DNA of 64,000 bases from an uncultured Acidimicrobiaceae bacterium (lineage in GTDB: Bacteria > Actinomycetota > Acidimicrobiia > Acidimicrobiales > Palsa-688): positions 746,604 to 810,603 of the forward strand of contig CAWHFG010000005.1 of NCBI GenBank assembly GCA_963828435.1, written 5' to 3'. The translations under genes were made by a program, and so were the position numbers. Below the pieces are notes generated by a model that made no database searches, had not been told where the DNA came from, and saw nothing but the letters and a program-made list of their open reading frames with translations. Shown piece by piece: positions 26,616 to 36,302 of this stretch. Each line of letters starts with the position of its first letter. Positions within the stretch are counted from its first letter, which is position 1.

Positions 26616-28112
26616 CTAGAGCTGGGTGCAGACGGCCTTGACCTCGGTGTACGCCTCGAGGGCCTCATGGCCCATCTCCCGCCCCCAGCCCGACTGCTTG
26701 TAGCCGCCGAACGGCAGAGCCGCGTCGAAGATGTTGTAGCAGTTGATCCACACCGTACCGGCCCGCAGTCGCTTCGCCATGGCGTGGGCCTTGGAGACGT
26801 CCTTGGTCCACACTCCAGCTCCCAGGCCGTAGACGGAGTCATTGGCAACCGCGGCGATCTCATCCAGGGTCTGGAAGGGCTCGGCAACCACGACCGGGCC
26901 GAAGATCTCTTCGCGAACGATCTTCATATCGGGAGTGGTCTTGGAGATGACCGTGGGCTCGACGAAGTAGCCGCGGTCGCCGACGCGGCCGCCTCCGGTG
27001 ATGACCTCCGCTCCGTCGGCCCGACCCGAGTCCAGATAGCCGCTCACCCGGCGAAGCTGCTCGTTGGACACCAGCGGGCCCATCTGGGTATCAGCCGCGA
27101 AGCCATCGCCAACCTTGATGCCTTTGGCGATCTCGGCCACGCCTTCGACCACCTCGTCGAAGCGGTCCCGCTCCACGTAAAGGCGAGATCCGGCCACGCA
27201 ACACTGGCCGTGATTGAAGAAGATGGCGTTGGCGGCGCCAGCGACCGACGCCTCGGGGTCGGCGTCGGCGAATACCACGTTGGGGCTCTTGCCACCGAGC
27301 TCCAGGGTGACTTTCTTGAGGTTGCCGGCCGCGGCTTGCACGATCATCTTGCCGACCTCGGTCGAGCCGGTGAACGCCACCTTGTCCACCCCGTCGTGGG
27401 CGGCCAGTGGGGCTCCGGCGTCTTCGCCGAAGCCGGTTACCACGTTGACCACCCCGTCGGGAATCCCGGCCTCCTGGATCAGCCGAGCCAGCAGCAGGGC
27501 CGACAGGGAGCGTCTGCTCGGCCGGCTTCAGAACCACGCAGTTGCCCGTGGCCAAAGCCGGGCCGAGCTTCCACGCTGCCATCAGCAACGGGAAGTTCCA
27601 GGGGATGATCTGGCCGACCACACCGACGGGCTCCCGCAGGGTGTAGGCGTGGAACTGGGCCCCCGGGGCGTACGGGACGGAGATATCAATGGTGTTGCCT
27701 TCGATCTTGGTGGCCCAACCTGCCATGTAGTGAAACAGGTCGGCAGCCAGCGGGAACGTCGGCAGCCCGAGCGATCGGAGAGCGGCTTGCCGTTGTCGAG
27801 CGACTCCAGCTGGGCCAGCTCCTCGAGGTGTTCGAGGATGAGGTCACCGATCTTCCACACCAGTCGACCCCGCTCGGACGGAGTCATGCGACTCCAGGGG
27901 CCGCTCTCGAACGCCGCCCGGGCCGCCCGGACGGCCCGGTCGATGTCTTCCGGACCGCCAGCCGCGATCGATGCCAGCTTCTCCCCGGTGGCCGGGTTGG
28001 GGGTGTCGAACGTCTCTCCTGACACGGCGTCCACCCAGGTACCACCGATGAACAGCTGATGGGCCGACGTGGTGAACTGCTCGACCTCCCGGTCCACGAC
28101 GACAGCGCTCAT
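26616..28112 (-). pseudogene. NAD(P)-dependent aldehyde dehydrogenase split by two frameshifts
   Basis: ATG 28112: MSAVVVDREVEQFTTSAHQLFIGGTWVDAVSGETFDTPNPATGE...LDNGKPLS. A shift near 27775 leads to [23 protein letters not shown]...[34 protein letters not shown] shift near 27505-27513 leads to [26 protein letters not shown]...[11 protein letters not shown]...[10 protein letters not shown]...PFGGYKQSGWGRE, with the stop at 26616. Confidence 0.8.
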
Positions 28113-28159
28113 GGTGTCACCCCCAGCGGTGAAGGGCCCGCGGCTCCAACCGCGGGCCA

Positions 28160-28191
28160 GGCTCATCGGCTAGTCGGCTCATCGGCTAGTC
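28160..28191. repeat. perfect tandem duplication, 16 bp x2 (GGCTCATCGGCTAGTC)
   Basis: Read directly from the sequence. It lies in the divergent region between the broken ALDH gene and the PadR gene. Confidence 0.95.
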
Positions 28192-28336
28192 ACAGTCGTG
28201 ACCAACACTACCCCGGCGGAGCCGGTTTCGCCAGAGGGCGAGCGATGGTCGGGCGCAGGACACCGGGAGGGGATGCCGGTCCGGTGGGACCCACGGAGCC
28301 GGCCCCTGACCGTGAGGTCGGCTCAGACCAGAGATA

Positions 28337-28908
28337 ATGGACGCCGTGGCAGACCCGCCCGCGACCTCGCCGCCCCGGGCAGCCGCCCTCGAGGTGCCGG
28401 TCCGGCTGTCACTGCTGGAGAACCTCGTACTGGCCCTCATCGTTGAGGGTCCTACCCATGGGTTCGCGATCGCACGCGACCTCGGGCGCGACGGGGACGA
28501 TCGGGCGGGTCTACGAAGTGCCCCGACCCCTCGTGTACCGGGCTGTCGATCGCCTGGTCGAATCCGGTCTGGCCCGCCCGCTGCGGGTCGAAGCCGGCAA
28601 CCATGGCCCGCCCCGCACCGTGGTCGTGGCCACCGCCCCAGGACGGCGGGTGGCCAGGAGCTGGCTGAAGACGCCGGCCCAGCACGTGAGGAACGTCCGG
28701 ACCGAACTGCTGGTCAAGCTGGCCCTGCTCGATCGATCCGGCCAGCGACCCGGAGCCGCTGCTCCGGGCCCAGCAGCGCTTGCTGGCACCCATCGTGGCG
28801 GCCCTGGCCGATCAGTGTGAGATGACGCAGGGGTTCGACAAGACCGTCGCTCGGTGGCGCTACGAGACCGCCCGGGCCGCGCTGCGCTTTGTCGAGCGCC
28901 AGCCCTAG
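28337..28908 (+). pseudogene. PadR family transcriptional regulator split by two frameshifts
   Basis: Frame 1 reads ...LSLLENLVLALIVEGPTHGFAIARDLGRDG. A GGGG run at 28493-28496 shifts to TIGRVYEVPRPLVYRAVDRLVESGLARPLRVEAGNHGPPRTVVVATAPGRRV...LALLDRSGQRP. A second shift near 28750 leads to EPLLRAQQRLLAPIVAALADQCEM...RFVERQP, with the stop at 28906-28908. Confidence 0.7.
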
Positions 28909-29087
28909 CGCACCGGCGTCAGCCGGGCTCGACAATGAGGCTCGCTGGCGCTCGTATTCACGCCCGACTGACCCTCCCCCGCGATCCCAACCCGGAAGGG
29001 TGACCGGGTCCCGCTCACTTTCGATGGCTACCGGGGAGGTGCTACGGTGACGTTCGAGACGGGCAAGCGCTAAGGGAGGAGTCCATA

Positions 29088-30620
29088 GTGGGTGCGCCAT
29101 GGAAATTCGATCTTTATATCGACGGTAAGTGGACTTCTGGGGAAGGGTCGGGCGTCATCGACGTGATCGACCCCGCGACGGAGGACTCGATCGGGCAAGT
29201 GCCAGAGGCGACAGTCGGGGATGCCCGCCGGGCGATCGAGGCGGCGCGTCGGGCCTTCGACGAGGGGCCGTGGCCGTGGCTGAAGCCCAAGGAGAGGGCA
29301 GCCGTACTCGTGAAGATGGCCGAGGTGCTGGAGCGGCGGGCCGGAGAGCTGCGCGAGCTCATCGTGGCGGAGACGGGCTCGGTCGGCTTTATCACCGACT
29401 TCGTGCAAGCAGGTGGATCGACCGGCCTGTTCCGGTCGAATGCGGAGCAGATCGTGCACGAGGTCGAGTGGGTCGTGTCCGAGCCCCCGACCGGCGGCCC
29501 AACCGGCATGAGCGGCAGCACCCTCCTGCGGGAGCCGGTGGGAGTCGTGGCCGCCATTACGCCGTTCAACTTCCCGTACTATCTCAACGCCATCAAGTCC
29601 GCCTCGGCGCTCGCGGCAGGCTGTACGGTCGTGCTCAAGCCCCATCAGTGGACGCCGCTGGATGCATTCCTCATCGCCCAGGCGGCCGAGGAGGCCGGCT
29701 TGCCGGCCGGTGTGCTCAACGTGATCACCGGTGCTTCCGATGTGGGTGACGAGCTGACTGGCAGCCGGCTGGTCGACATGGTGACCTTCACCGGTTCTAC
29801 CGCTACCGGCCGGCGGATCATGGCGAATGCTGCAGATACCGTGAAGAAGCTGCAGCTCGAACTCGGCGGCAAGAGTGCCCATGTGGTTCTCAAGGACACG
29901 CCGGAGTCGTACGCCGCGAACTATGGCTTTGGTGGCGTTGTCACCCATTGCGGCCAGGGTTGTGTGATCCATACCCGGCTGCTGTTGCCGGAGCAGATGC
30001 TGGATGCATACAAAGAGGGGGTCAAGAAGGCCGCCGCCATGATCAAGGTCGGCAACCCTCGAAATCCGGAGACGACGCTGGGGCCGCTGATCCGCGAGCA
30101 ACAGAGGGCCCGGGTGGAAAGCTTCACCCAATCCGCCATCGAAGAAGGGGCGGAGATTGTCGTGGGAGGCAAGCGGCCGGAAGGTCTGGACCGGGGGTTC
30201 TTCTACGAACCGACTGCGTTTGTCGGCACCAACGAGATGCGGATCTCGCAAGAGGAGATCTTCGGCCCCTGCCTGACCGTGATCCCGTATTCCGGGGATG
30301 ACGCCGACGCGGTGCGCATTGCCAACGACTCCATCTACGGTCTCGGTGGCGGAGTGGTCTCTGGCAACACGGCCCACGCTTTCAACGTCGCCCGCCAGAT
30401 CCGGGCCGGATCCATGCAGGCGATGGGTGTTCGGAGCGACGGGGGGACCGTGCCGGCGAGTCCCGGAAACGGCCAGGGGCCGGGCTGGGGAGCCTCGCCC
30501 CCCACCGGGGTCGGGCAGTCCGGAGCGTTCGGCGGCTACAAGCAGAGCGGTATTGGCCGCGAGTGGGGCAAGGTCGGCATCGAGGACTTCTGCGAGATCA
30601 AGTCGCTCAACTGGAGCTAG
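29088..30620 (+). CDS. aldehyde dehydrogenase family protein (intact)
   Basis: ITPFNFPYYL, LELGGKSAHVV, the catalytic-Cys region HCGQGCVIHTR, EEIFGP and FGGYKQSGIGRE. Confidence 0.9.
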   Translation: MGAPWKFDLYIDGKWTSGEGSGVIDVIDPATEDSIGQVPEATVGDARRAIEAARRAFDEGPWPWLKPKERAAVLVKMAEVLERRAGELRELIVAETGSVGFITDFVQAGGSTGLFRSNAEQIVHEVEWVVSEPPTGGPTGMSGSTLLREPVGVVAAITPFNFPYYLNAIKSASALAAGCTVVLKPHQWTPLDAFLIAQAAEEAGLPAGVLNVITGASDVGDELTGSRLVDMVTFTGSTATGRRIMANAADTVKKLQLELGGKSAHVVLKDTPESYAANYGFGGVVTHCGQGCVIHTRLLLPEQMLDAYKEGVKKAAAMIKVGNPRNPETTLGPLIREQQRARVESFTQSAIEEGAEIVVGGKRPEGLDRGFFYEPTAFVGTNEMRISQEEIFGPCLTVIPYSGDDADAVRIANDSIYGLGGGVVSGNTAHAFNVARQIRAGSMQAMGVRSDGGTVPASPGNGQGPGWGASPPTGVGQSGAFGGYKQSGIGREWGKVGIEDFCEIKSLNWS

Positions 30621-30731
30621 TGGGCCCGCACCTGAGCGGCTCAAAGATGTTGGTGAACGCACAGTCGAATGCGGCTGTGCGTTTGCCACCAGTCCTGGTC
30701 GACTGTCCGGCTCACTGATAGCGTCCACCAC

Positions 30732-31760
30732 GTGAAATACCGCTATCTCGGTAATACGGGTGTCCGGGTCAGTGAGCTCTGCCTGGGCGCGATGATGTTC
30801 GGGGCGTGGGGCAACCCCGATCACGACGACTCCGTCAAGATCGCCCATTCCGCCCTTGAGAGAGGGATCAATTTCATCGACACCGCGGACGTCTACTCGG
30901 CGGGCGAGTCCGAGGAAATCGTCGGCAAGGCCATTGCCGGCCGGCGGGACCATCTGGTGGTGGCGACCAAGGTGCACGGCTCGATGGGCGAAGACCGCAA
31001 CATGATGGGCAACTCCAGGCGATGGATCATCCAGGAGTGCGAAAACAGCCTGCGTCGCCTCGGAACCGACTACATCGATCTGTACCAGATCCATCGACCC
31101 GATCCGCACATCGACATTGACGAGACGCTCGGCGCCCTGACCGACCTGGTGCGCCAGGGGAAAGTCCGCTACCTGGGCTCGTCGACCTTCCCGCCGTCGG
31201 AAATTGTCGAAGCCCAATGGGTCGCCGAAAGGCGGGGGCGGGAGCGGTTCGTGTGCGAACAACCGCCTTACTCGATGCTGGTTCGGGGTGCAGAGGCGGA
31301 AGTGCTGCCCGTCTGCCAGCGACACGGAATGGCGGTCATTCCCTGGAGCCCGCTGGCCGGTGGATGGCTGTCCGGCCAATGGCGGACCGGTGCAGACAAC
31401 CTGACGAGCCGCCGGGCCGCCCGCCTCCCCTCGCGGTATGACCTGTCGAGACCGGAAAACCAGGCCAAGCTGGTGGCAGCCACCGAACTGGGCGAGTTAG
31501 CGGACGAGGCCGGTATCAGCTTGATCCACCTGGCCCTGGCCTTCGTGCTCCGCCATCCCGCCGTCACCTCAGCCATCATCGGACCCCGTACCGCCGACCA
31601 TCTGGACAGCCAGATCGGGGCGACTGACGTCGAACTCTCGACGGACCTGTTGGACCGCATCGACGCCATCGTGAAGCCGGGCACCAACTTCTCCCTCGCC
31701 GATGCCGGCTACGAGCCGCCCGCCGTGGCCCACGCGCCTGCCCGACGTCGGCCGGCGTAG
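30732..31760 (+). CDS. aldo/keto reductase
   Basis: GTG 30732: VKYRYLGNTGVRVSELCLGAMMFG...INFIDTADVYSAGESEEIVG...YIDLYQIHRPD. Confidence 0.85.
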   Translation: MKYRYLGNTGVRVSELCLGAMMFGAWGNPDHDDSVKIAHSALERGINFIDTADVYSAGESEEIVGKAIAGRRDHLVVATKVHGSMGEDRNMMGNSRRWIIQECENSLRRLGTDYIDLYQIHRPDPHIDIDETLGALTDLVRQGKVRYLGSSTFPPSEIVEAQWVAERRGRERFVCEQPPYSMLVRGAEAEVLPVCQRHGMAVIPWSPLAGGWLSGQWRTGADNLTSRRAARLPSRYDLSRPENQAKLVAATELGELADEAGISLIHLALAFVLRHPAVTSAIIGPRTADHLDSQIGATDVELSTDLLDRIDAIVKPGTNFSLADAGYEPPAVAHAPARRRPA

Positions 31761-31830
31761 CGCCTCTGTCTCAGACGACAACGTGCTCGTTGCCACCCGA
31801 TCCGTTTCGAGCGGGCCGCTCCAGGGGTAG

Positions 31831-34473
31831 GTGTTCAAGGTGGCGCCGAGGTCGACCTATCGCGTCCAACTTCATGCCGGCTTCGACTTCGATGATGCGG
31901 CCCGCATCGTCGGGTACCTCGCGGACCTGGGTATCAGCCACCTCTATTGCTCCCCGTACCTCCAGGCGATCGCCGGAAGTACGCACGGATACGACGTGGC
32001 AGACCCCACCACCATCAATGCCGAGTTGGGGGGGCCAGCCGGGCGGGCCCGGCTGGTTGAGGCTCTCCAGGTCGCGGGCATGAGCCACATTCTGGATATC
32101 GTGCCCAACCACATGGCGGCCGATCCTGCCAACCCGTGGTGGTGGGATGTATTGGAAAAGGGCCCGGGAAGCCGCTACGCCCGCTTCTTCGACATCGACT
32201 GGACGGGTCCAGACGGGACGGCCGGCTTCAGGGTGTTGGTCCCCATCCTGGCAGACCAGTACGGTCGGGTGCTCGAGGCCGGGGAGCTGGGCGTGGAGCG
32301 CGACGGAGGAAACTTTCGGGTCCGTTACCACGATGAGTTCCTGCCGTTGTCGGCGACGTCTCTGGGGGAGCTGCTCGGCTCGGCTGCCCAGCGAGCCGGT
32401 GACATGGAGCTGGCCGCCGTGGCCCGAGGCTTCGCCGCCACGCCTCCCGCGGTGACGGACGACCCGGTGGTAGCCGGCGACCGCGACGACCGTGCTCGTC
32501 GGCTTTCGGCTGATCTGGCCCGCCTGCTGGCCGGGAATCAACAAATGGTGCAGGCCATCGACGAGGAGCTGAGCGCCCTCAGTGCGGATGTGGATCGACT
32601 CGATGAGCTGCTGCGCCACCAGAACTATCGATTGGCGTATTGGCGCACCGCCAGCGAGGAGCTCGACTACCGGCGCTTCTTCAATATCGAGACCCTGGTG
32701 GGCGTCAGGATCGAGGATCCGGACGTTTTCGCAGCCACCCATCAGCTCGTGATCAACCTGGTGCGAGATGGCAGCATCGATGGCCTGCGGATCGATCACA
32801 TTGACGGGCTGCGCGACCCCGAGGGCTACCTCATCGCCCTCGCCGAGGAGTGCGGCGGCGTGTACACGGTAGCCGAAAAGGTCCTCGACTACGAGGAGGC
32901 ACTCCCCGCCACCTGGCTCGTAGCCGGCACCTCCGGCTACGACTTCCTCAACCGGGCGAACAACCTGTTCGTGGCGACCCGTCACGAGCACGCCATGTCC
33001 GCGTGCTATGCCGAGTTCACCGGTGAGTCGGCCAGCTTCGACGAAATCGCCTACCTGGCCAAGCAACAAATCATGAGCGAAGACCTTCGTGTGGAGCTGG
33101 AGCACCTGGTCCGCCTGCTGGCCCAGATTTGCGAAGGGTTTCGCCGCCATCGGGACCATACCCGCCGGCACCTGCGCGACACTCTCCGGGAAGTGGTGGC
33201 CCGCTTTCCCGTCTACCGCACGTATGTGGAGGCGCGGCGGCCATCTGGTGAAGCCGACCGAGCTCACGTGGCGGCGGCGGTCGCTACCGCTCAGGCCTCC
33301 CGGCCTGATCTCGACGCCGAGCTGATCGACTTCATCGGCCAGCTGGCGCTCGGGCTCATGGCTGGCAATCAGGGCATGGAGTTCGCCCAACGGCTCCAGC
33401 AGTTCACGGGCCCGGTCATGGCCAAAGGCGTCGAGGACACCGCTTTTTATCGCTATAACCGCCTGCTGTCCCTGAATGAAGTCGGCGGCAATCCCGCCGT
33501 CTTCGGCCGTCCCGTGGAGAGCTTTCACGCCGACACGGCCCTGATGGCAGCGCACTGGCCGGAGGCGATGCTGACTCTCTCCACCCACGACACCAAACGG
33601 AGCGCCGACGTCCGGGCCCGGCTCAACGTGCTCTCCGAGGTGCCGACGCCGTGGGCCAACGCGGTAGCCCGGTGGGGCGAGATCAACGACCGGCACCGTC
33701 GCGGCCACTGGCCCGACCGCAACGCGGAGTACCTTCTGTACCAGACGCTGGTAGGGGCCTGGCCGGTCGACGCGACGCGGGCGACGGCCTTCATGACGAA
33801 GGCCACGAAGGAAGCCAAGGAGCACACGTCCTGGGTTGATCCGGTCGCCGAATACGACCGGGCCGTGTCGGGGTTCGTCGGCTCGATCCTTGCCGACGAG
33901 GTTTTCGTCGCCGACCTGACCCGGTTCCTGATCGGCCAGCGGGTCGTGGGGCGAGGGCGCCGCAACTCCCTGGCCCAGACCACCCTGGCCCTCACCTGCC
34001 CTGGTGTACCCGATATCTATCAGGGAACCGAAACCTGGGATCTGAGCCTTGTCGATCCCGACAACCGCCGACCGGTGGACTACGACCTGCGCCGTGGGCT
34101 CCTGGCCGGCATGCGCTTTGGTCGTTCCGTCGACGTCGTCGGGACCGCCGACGAGGGCCACCCGAAGCTCTGGCTCATTCACGCCCTGCTGCAGGACCGC
34201 CGGCGCCGACCCGAGCTCTACCTCTCCAGCAGCTACGAGCCCCTCACGTTTCGCGGGGCGCGTGCAGACGATCTCGTCGGGTTCAGCCGGGGCGCCCTGG
34301 CCGTGGTGGTGCCGCGGCTGGGTGGCGACCGCTGGGAAGAGACCGCGGTCCAGCTACCGGCAGGACGATGGACGGACGTGCTGACCGGGGCCGACCACGA
34401 CGGCGGCCGACAGGCTCTCGATCGGCTGTTTCCTCTCTTTCCGGTGGCCATCCTGGCCCGCAGCAACGGATGA
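31831..34473 (+). CDS. treY: malto-oligosyltrehalose synthase
   Basis: N-terminus STYRVQLHAGFDFDDAARIVGYLADLGISHLYCSPYLQA..GSTHGYDV, then DIVPNHMA and RIDHIDGLRDP. Confidence 0.85.
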   Translation: MFKVAPRSTYRVQLHAGFDFDDAARIVGYLADLGISHLYCSPYLQAIAGSTHGYDVADPTTINAELGGPAGRARLVEALQVAGMSHILDIVPNHMAADPANPWWWDVLEKGPGSRYARFFDIDWTGPDGTAGFRVLVPILADQYGRVLEAGELGVERDGGNFRVRYHDEFLPLSATSLGELLGSAAQRAGDMELAAVARGFAATPPAVTDDPVVAGDRDDRARRLSADLARLLAGNQQMVQAIDEELSALSADVDRLDELLRHQNYRLAYWRTASEELDYRRFFNIETLVGVRIEDPDVFAATHQLVINLVRDGSIDGLRIDHIDGLRDPEGYLIALAEECGGVYTVAEKVLDYEEALPATWLVAGTSGYDFLNRANNLFVATRHEHAMSACYAEFTGESASFDEIAYLAKQQIMSEDLRVELEHLVRLLAQICEGFRRHRDHTRRHLRDTLREVVARFPVYRTYVEARRPSGEADRAHVAAAVATAQASRPDLDAELIDFIGQLALGLMAGNQGMEFAQRLQQFTGPVMAKGVEDTAFYRYNRLLSLNEVGGNPAVFGRPVESFHADTALMAAHWPEAMLTLSTHDTKRSADVRARLNVLSEVPTPWANAVARWGEINDRHRRGHWPDRNAEYLLYQTLVGAWPVDATRATAFMTKATKEAKEHTSWVDPVAEYDRAVSGFVGSILADEVFVADLTRFLIGQRVVGRGRRNSLAQTTLALTCPGVPDIYQGTETWDLSLVDPDNRRPVDYDLRRGLLAGMRFGRSVDVVGTADEGHPKLWLIHALLQDRRRRPELYLSSSYEPLTFRGARADDLVGFSRGALAVVVPRLGGDRWEETAVQLPAGRWTDVLTGADHDGGRQALDRLFPLFPVAILARSNG

Positions 34474-36209
34474 TGCACCGGTTCGCCGTCTGGGCCCCCC
34501 GGGCGGAACGGGTCGAACTGCGGCTCGACCAGCGCACCCTGGCCATGAAGTCGTTCCCGGATGGATGGTGGCGGCTATCGGTTCGGGAGGCCCGGGCTGG
34601 CACCCGCTACGGATTCTGCCTTGACGGTCGCCAGGCCCGGCCAGACCCTCGTTCCGCCTCTCAGCCTGAGGGGATCGACGGACTGTCGCAGATCGTGGAC
34701 CACGACGCCTTTCCTTGGTCCGATCGCGCTTGGCGGGGCGTCTCGTGGCGCGGCCTGGTGCTTTATGAGCTGCACATCGGCACCTTCACTGCCGCCGGCA
34801 CCTTCGACGCCGCCATCGACCGCCTGGGCCATCTGGTCAGTCTCGGCGTCGGCGCCATCGAACTGCTTCCCGTGGCGGAGTTCTCCGGGGCCAGGGGATG
34901 GGGCTACGACGGAGTCGATCTGTTTGCCGCTCATCACAGCTACGGGGGTCCCGAAGCCCTCAAGCGGCTGATCGACGCGTGCCACGCGGCCGGGATAGGC
35001 GTGGTGATTGACGCCGTGTACAACCACCTCGGACCGGCAGGGAACTACCTGGACGAGTTCGGCCCGTATTTCTCCGACCGACACCGAACCAACTGGGGTG
35101 CGGCGGTGAACTTTGACGGACCGGGCAGCTATGAGGTCCGCCGGTTCGTCTTCGATAACGCCCTCATGTGGCTGCGGGATTACCATGCCGACGGGGTGCG
35201 GCTGGATGCGGTCCACGCCATTGTCGACAACTCCGCGTATCACATCCTGGAGGAGCTCGCCGAAGAAGTCGACGTGCTCGCTACCCAACTGGGCCGGCCG
35301 CTCTTCCTCATTGCGGAGAGCGATCTCAATGATCCCCGTTTCGTACGCAGCCGGGCGGCCGGCGGGTATGGACTCGACGCGGCATGGGCCGACGAGTGGC
35401 ATCATGCCTTGCACGCCAGCCTCACCGGAGATCGCCAGGGCTACTACGAAGACTTCGGACCGTTGTCACTGCTGGCCAAGGGTCTGCGCCAGGCCTGGGT
35501 CTACGACGGCACATGGTCACCCTATCGGCAGCGCCGACACGGCCGCCCTCCGGTCGGACTGACCGGTTCGCAGTTCGTGGTGTTCACCCAGAACCACGAC
35601 CAGGTCGGGAATCGGGCCCTGGGCGAGCGAAGCAGCGCCCTCATGAGCCACGGACGACTGAAGGTCGCGGCCGCCCTGTTGCTCACCGGCCCCTTTACCC
35701 CGATGCTCTTCCAGGGTGAGGAGTGGGGGGCGAGCTCACCATTTCAGTACTTCACCGACCATCGCGACCCCGGGCTGGCCCGGGCCGTGAGCCAGGGCCG
35801 GCGCCACGAGTTTGCCGATTTCGGCTGGGATCCGCAGGACATACCCGATCCCCAGGATCTCTCGACCTTCCAGAGATCCCGGCTCAACTGGGACGAGATC
35901 GAACGCCCTCCACACTCAGATCTCCTGCCCTGGTACCGCCAGCTGATCGAGCTTCGACGGACGAAACCAGGCCTGAGCGATCCGCGGCTGGACCGCATCA
36001 AAGTCGAGGTACACGAGACGTCCGCCGCCCTGGTCGTCCGGCGCCCTGGCTTCTGCATCCTGGCGAACCTCGGTCCGGAGGACCACTGTTTCTCCCGTCC
36101 ATCCGGAGCGGCGATTCTCGCCGCGTCCAACCCGGTGGGCGCCGACGGCGGCGGCTCACTGGTTGTTCCCCCTGACGCAGTAGCGATCATCGAGGGGCCT
36201 GATGCCTGA
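34470..36209 (+). CDS. treZ: malto-oligosyltrehalose trehalohydrolase
   Basis: ATG 34470 overlaps the treY stop. GH13 regions VIDAVYNHLGP, DGVRLDAVHAI and LIAESDLND are present, plus NHDQVGNR. Confidence 0.85.
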   Translation: MMHRFAVWAPRAERVELRLDQRTLAMKSFPDGWWRLSVREARAGTRYGFCLDGRQARPDPRSASQPEGIDGLSQIVDHDAFPWSDRAWRGVSWRGLVLYELHIGTFTAAGTFDAAIDRLGHLVSLGVGAIELLPVAEFSGARGWGYDGVDLFAAHHSYGGPEALKRLIDACHAAGIGVVIDAVYNHLGPAGNYLDEFGPYFSDRHRTNWGAAVNFDGPGSYEVRRFVFDNALMWLRDYHADGVRLDAVHAIVDNSAYHILEELAEEVDVLATQLGRPLFLIAESDLNDPRFVRSRAAGGYGLDAAWADEWHHALHASLTGDRQGYYEDFGPLSLLAKGLRQAWVYDGTWSPYRQRRHGRPPVGLTGSQFVVFTQNHDQVGNRALGERSSALMSHGRLKVAAALLLTGPFTPMLFQGEEWGASSPFQYFTDHRDPGLARAVSQGRRHEFADFGWDPQDIPDPQDLSTFQRSRLNWDEIERPPHSDLLPWYRQLIELRRTKPGLSDPRLDRIKVEVHETSAALVVRRPGFCILANLGPEDHCFSRPSGAAILAASNPVGADGGGSLVVPPDAVAIIEGPDA

Positions 36210-36302
36210 AGGCTTCGGGGTCGGTGTCCGCCACGACGCCCGGCGCGGCCGGATTGGCGATCAATGCTGTCAGGGCCACCAACAACCCGAGCCGGCGACG
36301 TG

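Noticed and set aside
29070-34182. Very long antisense ORFs (29070-31379, 769 aa; 31771-34182, 803 aa) opposite the ALDH, aldo/keto reductase and treY genes.
   Set aside because: Both are Arg/Gly/Pro/His-rich, have no recognisable motifs, and lie in the frame opposite strongly supported genes. The ALDH and reductase genes share a reading phase, which explains why the shadow frame runs across both. The same applies to 19933-21246, 23485-24465, 26595-27608, 36270-37367, 39043-40248, 41396-42751, 42990-44255 and 7655-8620.
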